Of a stretch of DNA of 64,000 nt, positions 21,771 through 32,795 are shown piece by piece. The DNA is from an uncultured Gemmatimonadaceae bacterium (GTDB taxonomy: Bacteria; Gemmatimonadota; Gemmatimonadetes; Gemmatimonadales; Gemmatimonadaceae): NCBI GenBank assembly GCA_963716745.1, contig OY970320.1, forward strand, positions 992,001 to 1,056,000. Reading direction: 5' to 3'. The translations under genes and the position numbers were made by a program. A model generated the notes under the pieces. That model was not told the origin of the DNA. It did no database searches and worked only from the letters and a program-made list of their open reading frames with translations. The number at the start of each line of letters is the position of its first letter. Within the stretch, counting starts at the first letter, position 1.

Positions 21771-21880
21771 TATGTCGCCCTGCTGGTTGTGAAATTATAC
21801 AGACCCATGAATCGCGCAAGAGGTCCAACACAAGAATTTTTCTAATGTGATGCTCCGCACACACGCTCTTATAATATGGA

Positions 21881-22612
21881 TTAAACGTGCTCCAGCAGCA
21901 GTTCCAGTTTGTGCCGCAGATCGCCGAGTGCCTTGGACTTGAACGCCCCCTTCGTCTCCTCGAGCACGGCCACCGTTTCCTTCACCGCGATCTGGAATTG
22001 CGCGCCACGCGGGCAGTTCATGAGCTGACACGGGTGCTGCTCAACCGATTGGTTCGTGAGCGCCTTGCCCAGCTGCTCGAGATCGGTGAGCGAACCCATC
22101 ACATTGCGCAGTGTGAGCGTGAGGAAGAGGTCCACCGGCACCTGGCCATCCGCGCCGCCCATCTTCGAGATGTGCTGGAACTCGTCGCGCCAGCCGCTCA
22201 GCCGCTCCTCGGTCTGGCGCATGGCCTGGAACGACCTAAAGCGCTTCACCGCGCGCGCCACCCGCTCGAGCAATTCGGGGAACGCGACGGGCTTCGTGAG
22301 ATAGGCCACCACGGGCAGGTCGATCGATGCGATCGCGCTGCGGACGGACGGGAATCCCGTCAGGATGATCACCGGCAATCCCCCGCTCTGCTCCGCGATC
22401 TTGCGCACCAGTTGGAGATCGGAGTTGCCGGGCATCTCGAGATCGGTGATCAGAAGGTCGAACGATTCGCTCGCCGCGGCCTTGAGCGCCGCGTCACCAT
22501 CCTGAACAGTGGTGCATTCGTATCCTTCCGCGCGCAACAGATCCGCGGTCGCGCTCAGGAAGGTCGGTTCGTCGTCCGCCAACAGGATCCTGCCGAGTGA
22601 CTTCCCGTTCAT
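21881..22612 (-). CDS. Response regulator with unrecognised helical output domain
   Basis: ILLADDE...ITDLEMPG...ILTG...YLTKP receiver; AAGGAGG RBS. Confidence 0.9.
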   Translation of the reverse strand: MNGKSLGRILLADDEPTFLSATADLLRAEGYECTTVQDGDAALKAAASESFDLLITDLEMPGNSDLQLVRKIAEQSGGLPVIILTGFPSVRSAIASIDLPVVAYLTKPVAFPELLERVARAVKRFRSFQAMRQTEERLSGWRDEFQHISKMGGADGQVPVDLFLTLTLRNVMGSLTDLEQLGKALTNQSVEQHPCQLMNCPRGAQFQIAVKETVAVLEETKGAFKSKALGDLRHKLELLLEHV

Positions 22613-25504
22613 GCCGTGTCCTCCTTCGTTGCGTGCAATGGTAGCGTGACGACGAACTCGCACCCTTCGCCGTCCACATCGTGTACGCCGATGGTGCCGC
22701 CGGCGGCCGTCACGGTGCGGCGCACGAGCGCGAGCCCGAGCCCCATGCCCCCGGTGCGCAGCCGCCCGCTCTTCGTGCTATAGAAGGGCTCGAAGATCCG
22801 TTCGCGCGACTCAGGCGGAATGCCCGCGCCGTGATCGCGCACGCGCAATTCGAAATGTCCGTTGTTCGCAATGGTGCGCACGGTCACGGTGCCGCCGCTT
22901 GGCGACGCCTCGATCGCGTTCTGCACCAGGTTGTAGGCGATCTGCCGGAGCAGCGCGCCGGGCAGCGGCAGGATGAGCGGCCCGCGACCGAGTTCCACCA
23001 CCACATGCACGCCGGTCGCGCGGTTCACCTGCTCGAGGAACGACACGCGCGTCGCCGATCACGGTCGCGATCGCCGCGCCGGCCTGCGAGTCGTGCTCCG
23101 GCCGGTACGTCTCGTAGAGTTGACGCGTCACCGCCGCGATGCGCGCCACCTCGCGCTCGATCGCGCCAACGTACTTGTAGTGCGGATGCGTCGCGGGGAT
23201 CGCGCCCTTGATGAGCAAGAACGAATTCTGGATGCCGGCCAGCGGATTGTTGATCTCGTGCGCCACCTGCGCGGCGACGCGCCCCATGGTGGTGAGCGTC
23301 TCCACCTCGCGCAGCGTCGCCTCGGCGCGCCGTCGTGCCGTGAGATCGCGCGCCTCCAAGAGCAGCTGCGTGTGTTCCTCGCTCTCGCCCGTGAGCGCCT
23401 TCACCGCGATCTCGATATGCGTCGCCTCGCCTGCCGGACCGCTGAATTCCTCCTCATACCGGCGCGTGAGCCCGCGTGCCGCCGCCGCGGTGGCGGAGCG
23501 CAGCCGCTCCTGCGCCTCGGGATTCCCGTGCCACCAGAGCGTGTTCCATGCGAGCTTGCCCCGCACGTCGTCGGCCGCGACGCCGAAGTCGTCCAGCGCG
23601 TGTTGATTGATCTCCACCACCAGGCCGCCGCGATCGAGCAGCAATTGGAATTGGAAGCCGCTGTCGAATACTTCGCGGAAGCGCTGCTCGGCGGCCTCGC
23701 GCGCCTGCGTGGCCGAGCGCGCGACCGTGACGTCGGCCTTGATGCCGACCATGCGCGCGGGATGGCCGCTGGCCGTGCGGTCCACCACGCGGCCGCGGTC
23801 CACGATCTGATGCCATTTGCCATCGCGCGCGAGCACGCGGTATTCGGCCTCGTAGCTGGGCCGCGCACCGCTGAGATGCTCCTCGATCTCACGGGCGAGG
23901 CGCGGCTGATCCTCGGGATGCACGAGCGCGATCCACGCGTCGCGGATCGGCGGCACCGATTCCGGATCGTATCCCAGGTAGCGCCAGATGCCCGGACTGT
24001 GCACCGATCCGCCGGTGAGCAGATCCCACTCCCAGATCCCGTCGGTCGTGCGCTCCAGCGCAGCGGTGATGCGCGAACGTTCGAGGTCGCGCACGCTCCG
24101 GAGCGAGCGCTGCGCGAAGCGCACGCTCACCGGCACCAGCCCGCTCACCGCGAATCCCATGAGCAGCACCAGCAGCGGCAGACTCGACCGCACGCCATCG
24201 ACGGTATCCTGCGTGGGCCATGCCGCGAGCGTGGCGTGCACCGCCCCGAGATCCAGACCAAGCCACTGTATCCACTGCCGCGTCGCGTCCGAATCGGCGG
24301 TGGGGCCGGCAAGGCGGCCAGCGCGGCCAATGATCGCGTAGTGGAATCCTCGCGAGGTATCGGGTATCACATCGCGGAAGAGCCGCGCGGTGCGCATTAC
24401 CGCGACCATCGTGCCGCTGCAGACATTGATCGCGCACGCCGGCGCGAGGATCACGAATCGCTTCGTCGCCGAGTCGAGCGGCAGGAAGGCGATGCTGTCG
24501 GGCAGCCTGGCATTGCGATTCACGTACGCGAGGGTCACCGAGTCCGCCCCCACGCCCGCGAGCGATGGCGAGGTGACCGTATCGATCACGCCGAGCGATG
24601 AGATCCAGCCGGCGGCCTCGAGACCGGGCACGTCGCGTTGCAGCGCTGCGATATCGCGGCGCTGCTGGTCGAACGACGCGCCGGACGCGCGCCACTCGCT
24701 CGCGCGATGGAGCGAGTGCGCCGTGACCACCGCCTCGCGCACGAGCACGCGCCGCCGCTCTTCGCCCGCTTGGCGCGTGAGCGCCACGACCTGATCGTTC
24801 TCGCGCGATGCGAGACCGCGCCAGAGCACGATGACCGTGACGACGCCCGCGATGCCGAGCGCCGTGGGCAGCCAGGTGGCGGAATCTCCGGAGAGCAGGC
24901 CGCGTGACCAGACGAGCGCGACATAGCAACTCCCGATCAGGAAGCCCGCGATCAAGACCTGGAGCGACGGGCCGGCGCCGAGCATGTCGATCGTGGTGTG
25001 CGTGATGCCGGTCGCGCGCGCGATGAGGAGCGTCGCCGCCACGGCGAGCAGCACGAACCCGGCGATGCCGACCGATGCATCTTCCGGTAGCAGCCGTCGA
25101 CGCGCCGAGACGACGGCCAGCGGCGTCGCGGCGGCGAGCACCAGTACCGCCGAGGCGAGCGCCATTGCGTCATGCGAGATCGTGGTGGGCGCGACCTGCG
25201 CGAGGAGACTCAGCACCGCGGTCAACTCCGCCATCAGCGCGGCTAGGAATGCGGAACGGTACCGCTGCTGAAGGAATTGCCAGAGCGCGAAGCCGATCGC
25301 GACCAGCGCGATCGATGCGAGCAACGGAAGGCGCGGCCAACCGGCCAAGGGCTGCGCGAGCCGTGAGAGCCCCGGCAATTCGCCCAGCATGCCGGCGATG
25401 CCCATGAGGCCGCTGACCACGGCATACACGTAGCCCGACCGGTACGCCGCGAGGGCGAGCGGTGACGTGAGTTCGGTTCGACGCGGTGAGTCCGATTCCG
25501 TCAT
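22609..25504 (-). CDS. Membrane PAS-PAS sensor histidine kinase; frameshift near 23045
   Basis: TM region, GIWEWD/VHPED PAS, H-box AHEINNPL; N/G boxes (NLVQNA, DHGAGI, FEPFYSTK, GLGL) in ORF 22609..23046. Confidence 0.92.
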
Positions 25505-25728
25505 TGCGCAGGGTATAGATGAACGAAAAGGCACGAACGCCGCGCAACGCTCGCGCGGAGATCCGTGCCTTCGGCTTTCGGAGCTCGCCTCCGCCCGCCA
25601 AGACTTATTGCCATGTGCGATCCCTACAATAGTAAGGTATAGCGCCGAGTTTTCATGTGCGCAAGAGTCCGCGAATGCGGGGCTTGCGCCGTGGAACAAG
25701 CGGGCCTACGTTGGGTTTCAAGACACGC

Positions 25729-25829
25729 AGCCCCGCGGTTCGGGGCTCCTTGGCGGACGAGTGAAGCTGGCTCGTGAGTCGAAGGCGCGAACGGGATCGG
25801 TTCACCGATCTCCCGCGCCTTTTTTATTT
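25729..25829 (+). promoter_or_regulatory. Structured leader motif, copy 4
   Basis: agccccg..cggggct CCTTGGCG gacgagt..gctcgtg AGTCGAAGGCGCG..CGCGCCTTTTTTATTT. Confidence 0.85.
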
Positions 25830-25867
25830 CCGGTGGCTTCGGCCGCCTGATGGTATAGATGACGAAC

Positions 25868-25978
25868 GGACCGGCGATGCGGCCGGTCCCCTTAGCGGGC
25901 GAAGCAGCGGCTTCGTCAGTCGAAGGCGTGTTGGCGGTTCCCGATCCCAGGGAACCGCCGGCACGCCTTCAGTGCTTT
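25868..25978 (+). promoter_or_regulatory. Structured leader motif, copy 5 (tandem with copy 4)
   Basis: ggaccgg..ccggtcc CCTTAGCG ggcgaagc agcg gcttcgtc AGTCGAAGGCGTG..CACGCCTTC; weak U-tract. Confidence 0.8.
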
Positions 25979-26023
25979 CCGGCAGCCGCACGCCGGTCAA
26001 TCGAATTCTTCAGGAGGTGTGCC

Positions 26024-26203
26024 ATGTTGCGTTGGGCCCTCGGGTTCCTGGTGCTGGCGTTGATCGCCGCCTTCTTCGGCTTCGGTGGCATCGCCGCCGC
26101 GTCCGCCGGCATCGCGAAGACGTTGTTCTTCCTGTTCCTGCTCATCTTCGCCGTCACGCTCATCCTGGGGCTGATGGCGGGAAGAAAAGTCACCGATCTC
26201 TGA
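26024..26203 (+). CDS. DUF1328 (YtjA/UPF0391) membrane protein
   Basis: AGGAGG RBS; MLRWALGFLVLALIAAFFGFGGIAAASAGIAKTLF. Confidence 0.93.
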   Translation: MLRWALGFLVLALIAAFFGFGGIAAASAGIAKTLFFLFLLIFAVTLILGLMAGRKVTDL

Positions 26204-26268
26204 CGGCGTTCCACGAACCCGCCGCGCGGACGACCATCCGCGTGGCGGGCCTCTTACCTGAGTGATCC

Positions 26269-26712
26269 ATGCCAGAGGCCAAAGCGACGAACGGCTCGAC
26301 GCACGCCGGCTTCTCCGCCGGATTCCGCGCATTCGCGGAACGCACCGAGACCGTGCTCGGTTCGCCATGGGCCTTCGGCGCGGCACTCGGCGCCGTTTTG
26401 CTCTGGGCGGCCCTCGGGCCGCGCTATCACTACTCGGAGACGTGGCAGATCGTGATCAACACCGGGACGACCATCGTCACCTTCCTAATGGTCTTCCTCC
26501 TGCAGAACACGCAAATGCGCAGCTCCACAGCGCTGCACCTGAAGATCGACGAACTATTGCGCGCGGTGGGCGATGCGCGCACCGGACTCGTCGGATTGGA
26601 GAACAAGCCGGACGAAACGCTCGAGCGCGTCGCCCATGAGTTCGATCAGATCGCCAAGTCGCAAACGGACGTCGTCATTCCAGCCCCATCTACCCGAACA
26701 CAGGGAGCATGA
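26269..26712 (+). CDS. Low-affinity iron permease (Fet4-like) family protein
   Basis: SETWQIVINTGTTIVTFLMVFLLQNTQ...LHLKIDEL. Confidence 0.92.
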   Translation: MPEAKATNGSTHAGFSAGFRAFAERTETVLGSPWAFGAALGAVLLWAALGPRYHYSETWQIVINTGTTIVTFLMVFLLQNTQMRSSTALHLKIDELLRAVGDARTGLVGLENKPDETLERVAHEFDQIAKSQTDVVIPAPSTRTQGA

Positions 26713-27095
26713 ACATGCCACACACCAGCCCACTCACCGGCGCGATCGACTCGACGCGCGATGCGATCGTGGACACGAAGGACAATCTGGCCGACGCGGC
26801 GTCGCGCGTGCAGGACAAGGTCTCGAGCAAGTTCGACAACGGCCGCACGGCTGCCGCGAACAAGCTCGCGGACGCCGCGGAGAGCCTGCACGAGCGCGTC
26901 AACCGGATCGGCGAGATCGGCCACGACGCCGCCGACAGAGTCGATGCCACCGCGCGCTATCTCAAGAAGCACTCGGCCAAGGAAATGGCGAGCGACCTCG
27001 GAGAGCTTGTGAGAGCCCATCCCGGGAAGTCACTGCTCGTCGCCGCGGCCGCCGGCTTCATCGTCGCGCGCGCGTTCCGGAGCAGCAATGACTGA
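26709..27095 (+). CDS. ElaB/YqjD (DUF883)-like tail-anchored protein
   Basis: Helical repeats ending VRAHPGKSLLVAAAAGFIVAR. Confidence 0.7.
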   Translation: MNMPHTSPLTGAIDSTRDAIVDTKDNLADAASRVQDKVSSKFDNGRTAAANKLADAAESLHERVNRIGEIGHDAADRVDATARYLKKHSAKEMASDLGELVRAHPGKSLLVAAAAGFIVARAFRSSND

Positions 27096-27474
27096 ACCCG
27101 CCGTCGCGGCCGGCAGCGTGCGCCGCCCCGTTTCCGACATCGTGCGCGACCTCCTGGGCAATCTCGACCGGATGGTGCGGTCCGAGGTGCGCCTCGCCAT
27201 GGAGGAAGCACGTGAGGACATCGGAGCGTCGCGCGCATCGGCGACGATGCTCGTTGCCGGCGCGGCGCTCGGGTATCTCGCGATCGGATTCCTTCTCCTG
27301 GCCGCGTTCCTCGTCATCGAGACCGCGGTCGCCCCGTGGCTCGCGGCATTGCTCGTCGCCGTGGGCGCCGGATCCGCCGCGACCGGCGTGATCCTCACCG
27401 GCCTCGACCGCATCCGATGCGCACGCGCCGCGCGAGCGACGGAATTCGAACCCCGACGGGAGCACACGCTATGA
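27088..27474 (+). CDS. YqjE-like 'phage holin family' membrane protein
   Basis: VRSEVRLA..E motif plus two TM helices; follows ElaB-like gene. Confidence 0.8.
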   Translation: MTEPAVAAGSVRRPVSDIVRDLLGNLDRMVRSEVRLAMEEAREDIGASRASATMLVAGAALGYLAIGFLLLAAFLVIETAVAPWLAALLVAVGAGSAATGVILTGLDRIRCARAARATEFEPRREHTL

Positions 27475-27854
27475 CGACGATCACGGGACGATTGCGGCGC
27501 GAGATCGCCGCCGAACAGCACGCGATCGGAGAGCATCTGCATGAACTCGAGACGCGGGTGCGCGACGTGGGTGACTGGCGCGTCCAGGTGGACCGCCGGC
27601 CCCTCGTGATGCTCGGGCTCGCGTTCGGAGGTGGCGCGGCGCTCTCCGCACTCGCGGGGCCGCGGCGGCGCCGCCGCCGGCACAACGGGGCCGCACCACT
27701 CGCGGACGAAGCGCAGCGCGCACCGGCCGAGCCGTCCGCCTCGAGCGAGGCGTGGCGCCGGTTCAAAGGCGCGCTGCTCGCGACGGTCGCCGTGCAGGCC
27801 GCCGAAGTGATCGGCGAAGTGCTGCCCGGATTCCGCGACGAATTCACGTCGTGA
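27471..27854 (+). CDS. Hypothetical protein (DUF3618-like position in operon)
   Basis: ATGA coupling; DWRVQVDRRPLVMLGLAFGGG. Confidence 0.65.
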   Translation: MTTITGRLRREIAAEQHAIGEHLHELETRVRDVGDWRVQVDRRPLVMLGLAFGGGAALSALAGPRRRRRRHNGAAPLADEAQRAPAEPSASSEAWRRFKGALLATVAVQAAEVIGEVLPGFRDEFTS

Positions 27855-27872
27855 CCAGCCCAGGAACGGACC

Positions 27873-28301
27873 ATGCCCAAACGAGCGCACCACAAACGCG
27901 ATATCGCGGTATCGCAGTTGGAGACGGCGCTGCGGTTGCACGATGGGCTGGACGATGACTACGCCGTGATCAACCTCGCGGGGGCCGCGGAGCGCATCCT
28001 TGGCGGTCTCGTGGCCGACCGCAGCGTGTCCGGCCGGTTCCCCGCGCTGAAACGCTCGAAGAGCCGGCTCAAGCGATGGCTCAAGCGCGCGGGGCGGCGC
28101 TCGAGTGGGCGGCGGCGCGCACTCAACGCGGCGCTGCGCGCGGTGCAGGACCACGAACTGGGAGATCCGCAGGAGGTCATGTTCGACGCGCGCGAACACG
28201 CGGCCGAACTCTTGCACCGCGCCATCGTGCATGTGTGGGCGCTGGAGCAACTCGCCTCGCCGAGCATGGTCGCCTTCTCGGCCGCGCGCGCGAGCGGCTG
28301 A
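27873..28301 (+). CDS. Hypothetical protein
   Basis: K.DIAVSQLETAL.L...VINLAGAAE.ILG looks protein-like; operonic position. Confidence 0.6.
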   Translation: MPKRAHHKRDIAVSQLETALRLHDGLDDDYAVINLAGAAERILGGLVADRSVSGRFPALKRSKSRLKRWLKRAGRRSSGRRRALNAALRAVQDHELGDPQEVMFDAREHAAELLHRAIVHVWALEQLASPSMVAFSAARASG

Positions 28302-28311
28302 CCGCGCGGCG

Positions 28312-29515
28312 TCAGCGGTCGAAGCGGAACATCGCGGCGTCGGGGTCGGCGCGCCCCGTATGCAGCGCGGTGATCATCCGCGCCGCGATCATGCTGAAGG
28401 TGATGCCGTTCCCGCCGTAACCAAGCGCAAAGTAGGCGCCCGGGCACGCCGCGCACTCGCCAATGTATGGGAGCCCGTCGGGGCTCTCGCCGAACGTGCC
28501 GGCCCAGGCATACGCGGGATCGAACCGGATCTCCGGGAACGCGCGGCGGAAGTACCGCGCGAGCGCCGTAGCCTTCGCGGGCAGCCGCGCGTCGCGTAGC
28601 CGCGCGTTCTTCCAAGGGATGTCGCCGCCCCCGATCATCGCGCGCATGTCCGGCGTGGTGCGCATGTAGTGGTATGGCCGCGCGGATTCCCAGATCAACG
28701 CGCGGTCGGGCCACCCATGCATCTCGCGCACCGGCTCACTCACCATGGCATACGTGCTGTGCAGTGCGCCCACGCGCCGTCCTACGTACTGTTCCGACGC
28801 ATAGCCGGTCGCGAAGACGATGCGGTCGGCGATCACTCTCGGCCCGTCGGCAGTTCGCAGTGCCATGCGCCGCTTGGACGCCTCGAACCGCACCATCTCC
28901 GTGCGCTCGTACACGCGCGCACCATGCACGATCGCGTGCGCGAGCAGCCGGTGCGTGAAGCGCACCGGATCGATCTCGCCATCGCCGCGCGAGACGATCG
29001 CGCCCGCATTGCGCAGCGTGGAGCGCCGCGCGATCGCCTTGCGGTCGAGGAATTCCACGTCGAATCCGTGCTGCGCGAGTGCGCCATACACGGTCTTGAG
29101 CCGGCTGACGTCCCAGCGCCGGCGCGCGACATACCATGAATCGCGGTGCTGCGAAGCCGCAGGTATCCGCGATGTCGATCGTGAGACGCCGAATGGATTC
29201 GATCGCGTCGAGCCCGAGCCGCAGCGCGCGCACGGCATACGCCTCGCCCACCCGGGCGATGAGATCGGGCAGCTCGACATCGACTTCGTACTGCAGCAGC
29301 CCGGTGCTCGCCGCCGTGCTCGCCGCGCCGATATCGCCGCACTCGAGCACGACGACATCCACGCCGGCATCCGCCAACTGGTGCGCCATGAGCGCGCCGG
29401 TCACCCCGCCGCCTACGACGCACACCTCACAACGTTCATCCCGCTTGAGTGCGGGGTACGCGGCGAGGATGCCGTTCTTGAGCAGCCAGAACGGATGTCC
29501 CGAGCGCAGCTTCAC
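28312..29515 (-). CDS. FAD-dependent oxidoreductase (DadA/PuuB-like); frameshift near 29145
   Basis: VVGGGVTG, ASTAASTGL; DGLPYIG, GYGGNGIT. Confidence 0.88.
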
Positions 29516-29517
29516 GC

Positions 29518-30003
29518 TCAGTCGATGCGCGGCGGATCGATCCCCAGCGCGGTCGCCAGATCGGAGAGGTGCTCCTGCTCGTCCTTGAGGATCTCGCGGA
29601 TGTGCTCACTCATCGCGAACTCGCCCAGCGATTCGCACTGCGCGATCCGCTTGCGGTATTCCCCGATCGTGACGCGCTCGTTCTCGAGGTCGAAGCGCAG
29701 CATCTGCTCCGCCTTGTCCGATGTCTTCACGATCTTCGCGACGACCGGCGGGTCGCCGCCGAGGTAGTCGATCTGTTTGGCGATGATCAGCGCGTGCTTC
29801 AATTCCTCCGCGGCGTGCTTCTCCAGCTCCGCAGCGATGGACATATACGCCGCGCCCTTGAGCACCTGCGAGTACACGACGTAGGCGATGATCGCCTGAT
29901 ACTCGCGCGAGAGGTCCTCGCCGAGCGCGGCGATGAGGTCGGCACGCGTGGTGGATGGGGCGCCGCTGGGGGCAGCGACGGTCGCGCTCTCTTTCTTCGG
30001 CAT
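29518..30003 (-). CDS. Ferritin-like/bacterioferritin domain protein
   Basis: EYQAIIAY, EELKHA, E..TIGEY, DEQEH diiron motifs. Confidence 0.9.
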   Translation of the reverse strand: MPKKESATVAAPSGAPSTTRADLIAALGEDLSREYQAIIAYVVYSQVLKGAAYMSIAAELEKHAAEELKHALIIAKQIDYLGGDPPVVAKIVKTSDKAEQMLRFDLENERVTIGEYRKRIAQCESLGEFAMSEHIREILKDEQEHLSDLATALGIDPPRID

Positions 30004-30029
30004 GATGAGTCCGGTGAATGGTTGGTGGA

Positions 30030-31924
30030 TCAGTCGGTGACGCGCAGCCGGCGTACGACGGCCGCGGTGATCGCGCGGCGCGCACGCGCGAATTCGCGCC
30101 AAGGATCTTCGCGCTGCGCATCGAGCCGCGCGGGTACGTTCTGCACATTGAAATGATCGAAGCGGCGATCTTCGTCCAACTCGTTCCAGTGGATCGGCGT
30201 CGCGACCGGTGCGCCGGCGCGCGCGCGCACGGAGTATGGCGCCACTGCGGTGGCGCCCTCGGCGTTGCGAAGCCAATCGATGAAGATCTTCCCCGCGCGC
30301 TTGGCCTTCGAAGCCGTCGCCACATAGCGATCGGGCTGCGCGGCGGCCATCGATTCCGCGACCGCGCGGCAGAAATCCTTGGCCTGCGTCCACGTGATCG
30401 TCGGACGGATCGGCACCACCACGTGAAGTCCTTTGCCGCCGGTGGTCTTGAGGAACGGCCGGAGGCCGGCGCGTTCGAGCGTCGTCACGCAAGGCGAGCA
30501 CACCGTCCACCACCGCTTCGCCAGCTGCTGCCTTCATCCGGATCGAGATCGAAGATCAGGATGTCGGGATGCTCGAGATGCGGGGCGCGCGATCCCCAGG
30601 GGTGCAGCTCCACGACGCCCCACTGGACGAGCGACGCGAGCGCCTTGGCCGAGCCCGCGCTCGCGTAGGTCGCGCTGCCCCCACTCTCGTGCACGCGCAC
30701 TCGCTTCACGGCCGCGCCGACGGCTGCCTCAATGTGTTTCTGGAAAAAGCAGTGCTCGCCCACGCCATCGGGGCATCGCAGGAGGCTGAGCGGGCGCTCG
30801 CGCAAATGCGGCACGAGCGCGGGCGCGACGCGCACGTAGTACTCGGCGAGTTCGCGCTTCGTGGGACCCGCGGGAGGAAAGATGAGTTTGTCGGGGTGCG
30901 AGATCGCGACGCCCGCCACCTTGCCGCTCTCGCGCGCGCGCGCCGGCTTCACCTCGGCCTCTCGCTCTCGCACGACGTCTTTCGCTTGCTTGTCCATACG
31001 CAGTCCCGTGAACGATGGATGGCGCAACGCACCGTCCTCGCTCCATTCGGTGAACTCCACTTCGGCAACGAGCTCCGGCTTCACCCAGTGTACGCCTTTC
31101 GCGTCGGCTCCGCGCGGCGGGTCCGCGAAGGGAGGCTCGGCACGCTCGAGACGCCGGAGTTTCTCCGAGAGCTCGGCAAGCATCGCCTCATCGAACCCGG
31201 TCCCGACCCGCCCCGAATAGCGGAGATCGTGCCCATCGTACACGCCCAGCAGGAGTGCGCCGAACCCACGACGCGCACCCTGCGGATCCGTGTAGCCGCC
31301 CACGACCATCTCCTGCCGGCGCGTACACTTCACCTTCACCCAATCGGCGCTGCGCTCGCCGCTGCGGTACGGCGAGTCGACGCGCTTGGATATCGCCCCT
31401 TCGAGGGAGAGCGCACAACTCTGCCGGAAGAACTCCGTGCCGGAGCCGCTCACTTCCGGTCCGACGCGCACATGGGCGCTTCCGCGTCCGACGATCTTGT
31501 GCAGTTCGCGCTTGCGCTCCCGCAGCGGCCGGTGCCGGAGATCGATCCCGTCCAGGTACATCACATCGAAGAGCATGAGCGTGAGGTCACGCGCGCGAGT
31601 GCCGGAGAGCCCGTTCTGCAGCGCCTGGAAGCTGGAGCGGCCGCGGGCGTCCATGACGACGAGCTCGCCGTCGAGCCATGCGTTCGACAGGTCGAGCGCG
31701 CCGAGTTCCTTTGCGATGACGGCGAGTTGCGCCGTCCATTCCTTGCCGTTGCGCGAGAAGACGCGCGCCTCGCCGTCCTCGATGCGGCTTAGCATCCGGT
31801 AGCCGTCGTACTTGATCTCGTGCAGCCAACCCGTGCCCGCGGGCGCGCGTTTCACGAGCGTGGCGAGCATAGGCTGCATGCGCGCCGGCAATTGCCGGCG
31901 CTCGAGGCGGTGCGCGGTGCTCAT
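30030..31924 (-). CDS. ligD: DNA ligase D (ligase + polymerase domains); frameshift near 30490-30530
   Basis: EIKYDGYR, EGAISK, WVKVK; FDLDP, KTTGGKGLHV, IFIDWLRN. Confidence 0.93.
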
Positions 31925-32769
31925 GCGTGTTTGCGGCGGTGCATGACCGCGCGCCGAGGCGCGGCCGTCTGCTTCTTCCCGAGGCTCCGCTCGAGCAGCG
32001 CGGTGAGATCGAGCACCTTGGTGCCGCCCGTCTCAGCTCCACTCTCCTGTTTCGGCTCGGCGATCCGCTCGGTGTCGCCCTTCTTGATCTTCCGGCGGAT
32101 GAGCGCGAGCAGGTCGCGGTGGTACGAATCCACGAAGCCCGAAGGATCCCACTCGCCCGCGAGATCATCCACGAGACGTTTGGCGAGCTGCAGGTCCTTG
32201 GCCGAGATGGCGGCCCCCTTCTTCCCGGCGGCGGGCAGATCGAGCCCCTTCGTACCGCGCAGCTCGCTCTCGTAGCGCATGATGTTGAGCATGAGCGCGG
32301 GCCCGTTCACCACGATCGCGCACAGATGCTGCGTCGTGTGCATCACGATCTGTGCGACCGCGGCGAGCCCTGTGTCGCGGATCGTCTCGCGGAAGAGCAC
32401 GTAGGCCTTTTCGCCGCGCTTGCCGGGCACGAGATAGTACGGTGTCTCGAAATACCAGGGCGGGATATCCTGCGCGGGTACGAAGTGTTCGATGTCGATC
32501 GTCTGCGTCGCCTTGACGTTCGCTCGCTTGAAATCCGCGTCGCTGAGCACGACGTAGCGATCCTTCTCGTATTCGTGTCCCTTCACAATGTCGTTCCAGG
32601 CCACCTCTTTGCCGCTGCGCTTGTTGTAGCGACGGTAGCCCACGGGCGACAGATCGTTCTTGTCGAGCATCGTGAAGGAGAACGCGCGGCGGTCCTCGGC
32701 GGGATGGAGTTCCACCGGGACGCTGACGAGTCCGAAGGAGAGCGAGCCACTCCAGAGTGCACGGGCCAT
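31921..32769 (-). CDS. ku: Ku NHEJ protein
   Basis: RALWSGSLSFGLVSVPV, IVKGHEY, PYYLVP, LDLTALLERSL. Confidence 0.95.
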   Translation of the reverse strand: MARALWSGSLSFGLVSVPVELHPAEDRRAFSFTMLDKNDLSPVGYRRYNKRSGKEVAWNDIVKGHEYEKDRYVVLSDADFKRANVKATQTIDIEHFVPAQDIPPWYFETPYYLVPGKRGEKAYVLFRETIRDTGLAAVAQIVMHTTQHLCAIVVNGPALMLNIMRYESELRGTKGLDLPAAGKKGAAISAKDLQLAKRLVDDLAGEWDPSGFVDSYHRDLLALIRRKIKKGDTERIAEPKQESGAETGGTKVLDLTALLERSLGKKQTAAPRRAVMHRRKHA

Positions 32770-32795
32770 GGGTCACCGAATGGTTCGCGGAGATG

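Noticed and set aside
19968..21845. 625-aa plus-strand ORF
   Set aside because: Shadow ORF across AI-2E, small genes and leaders; no motifs
27088..27474. Prophage holin
   Set aside because: YqjE-like protein in its usual ElaB/YqjD stress operon; no phage genes nearby
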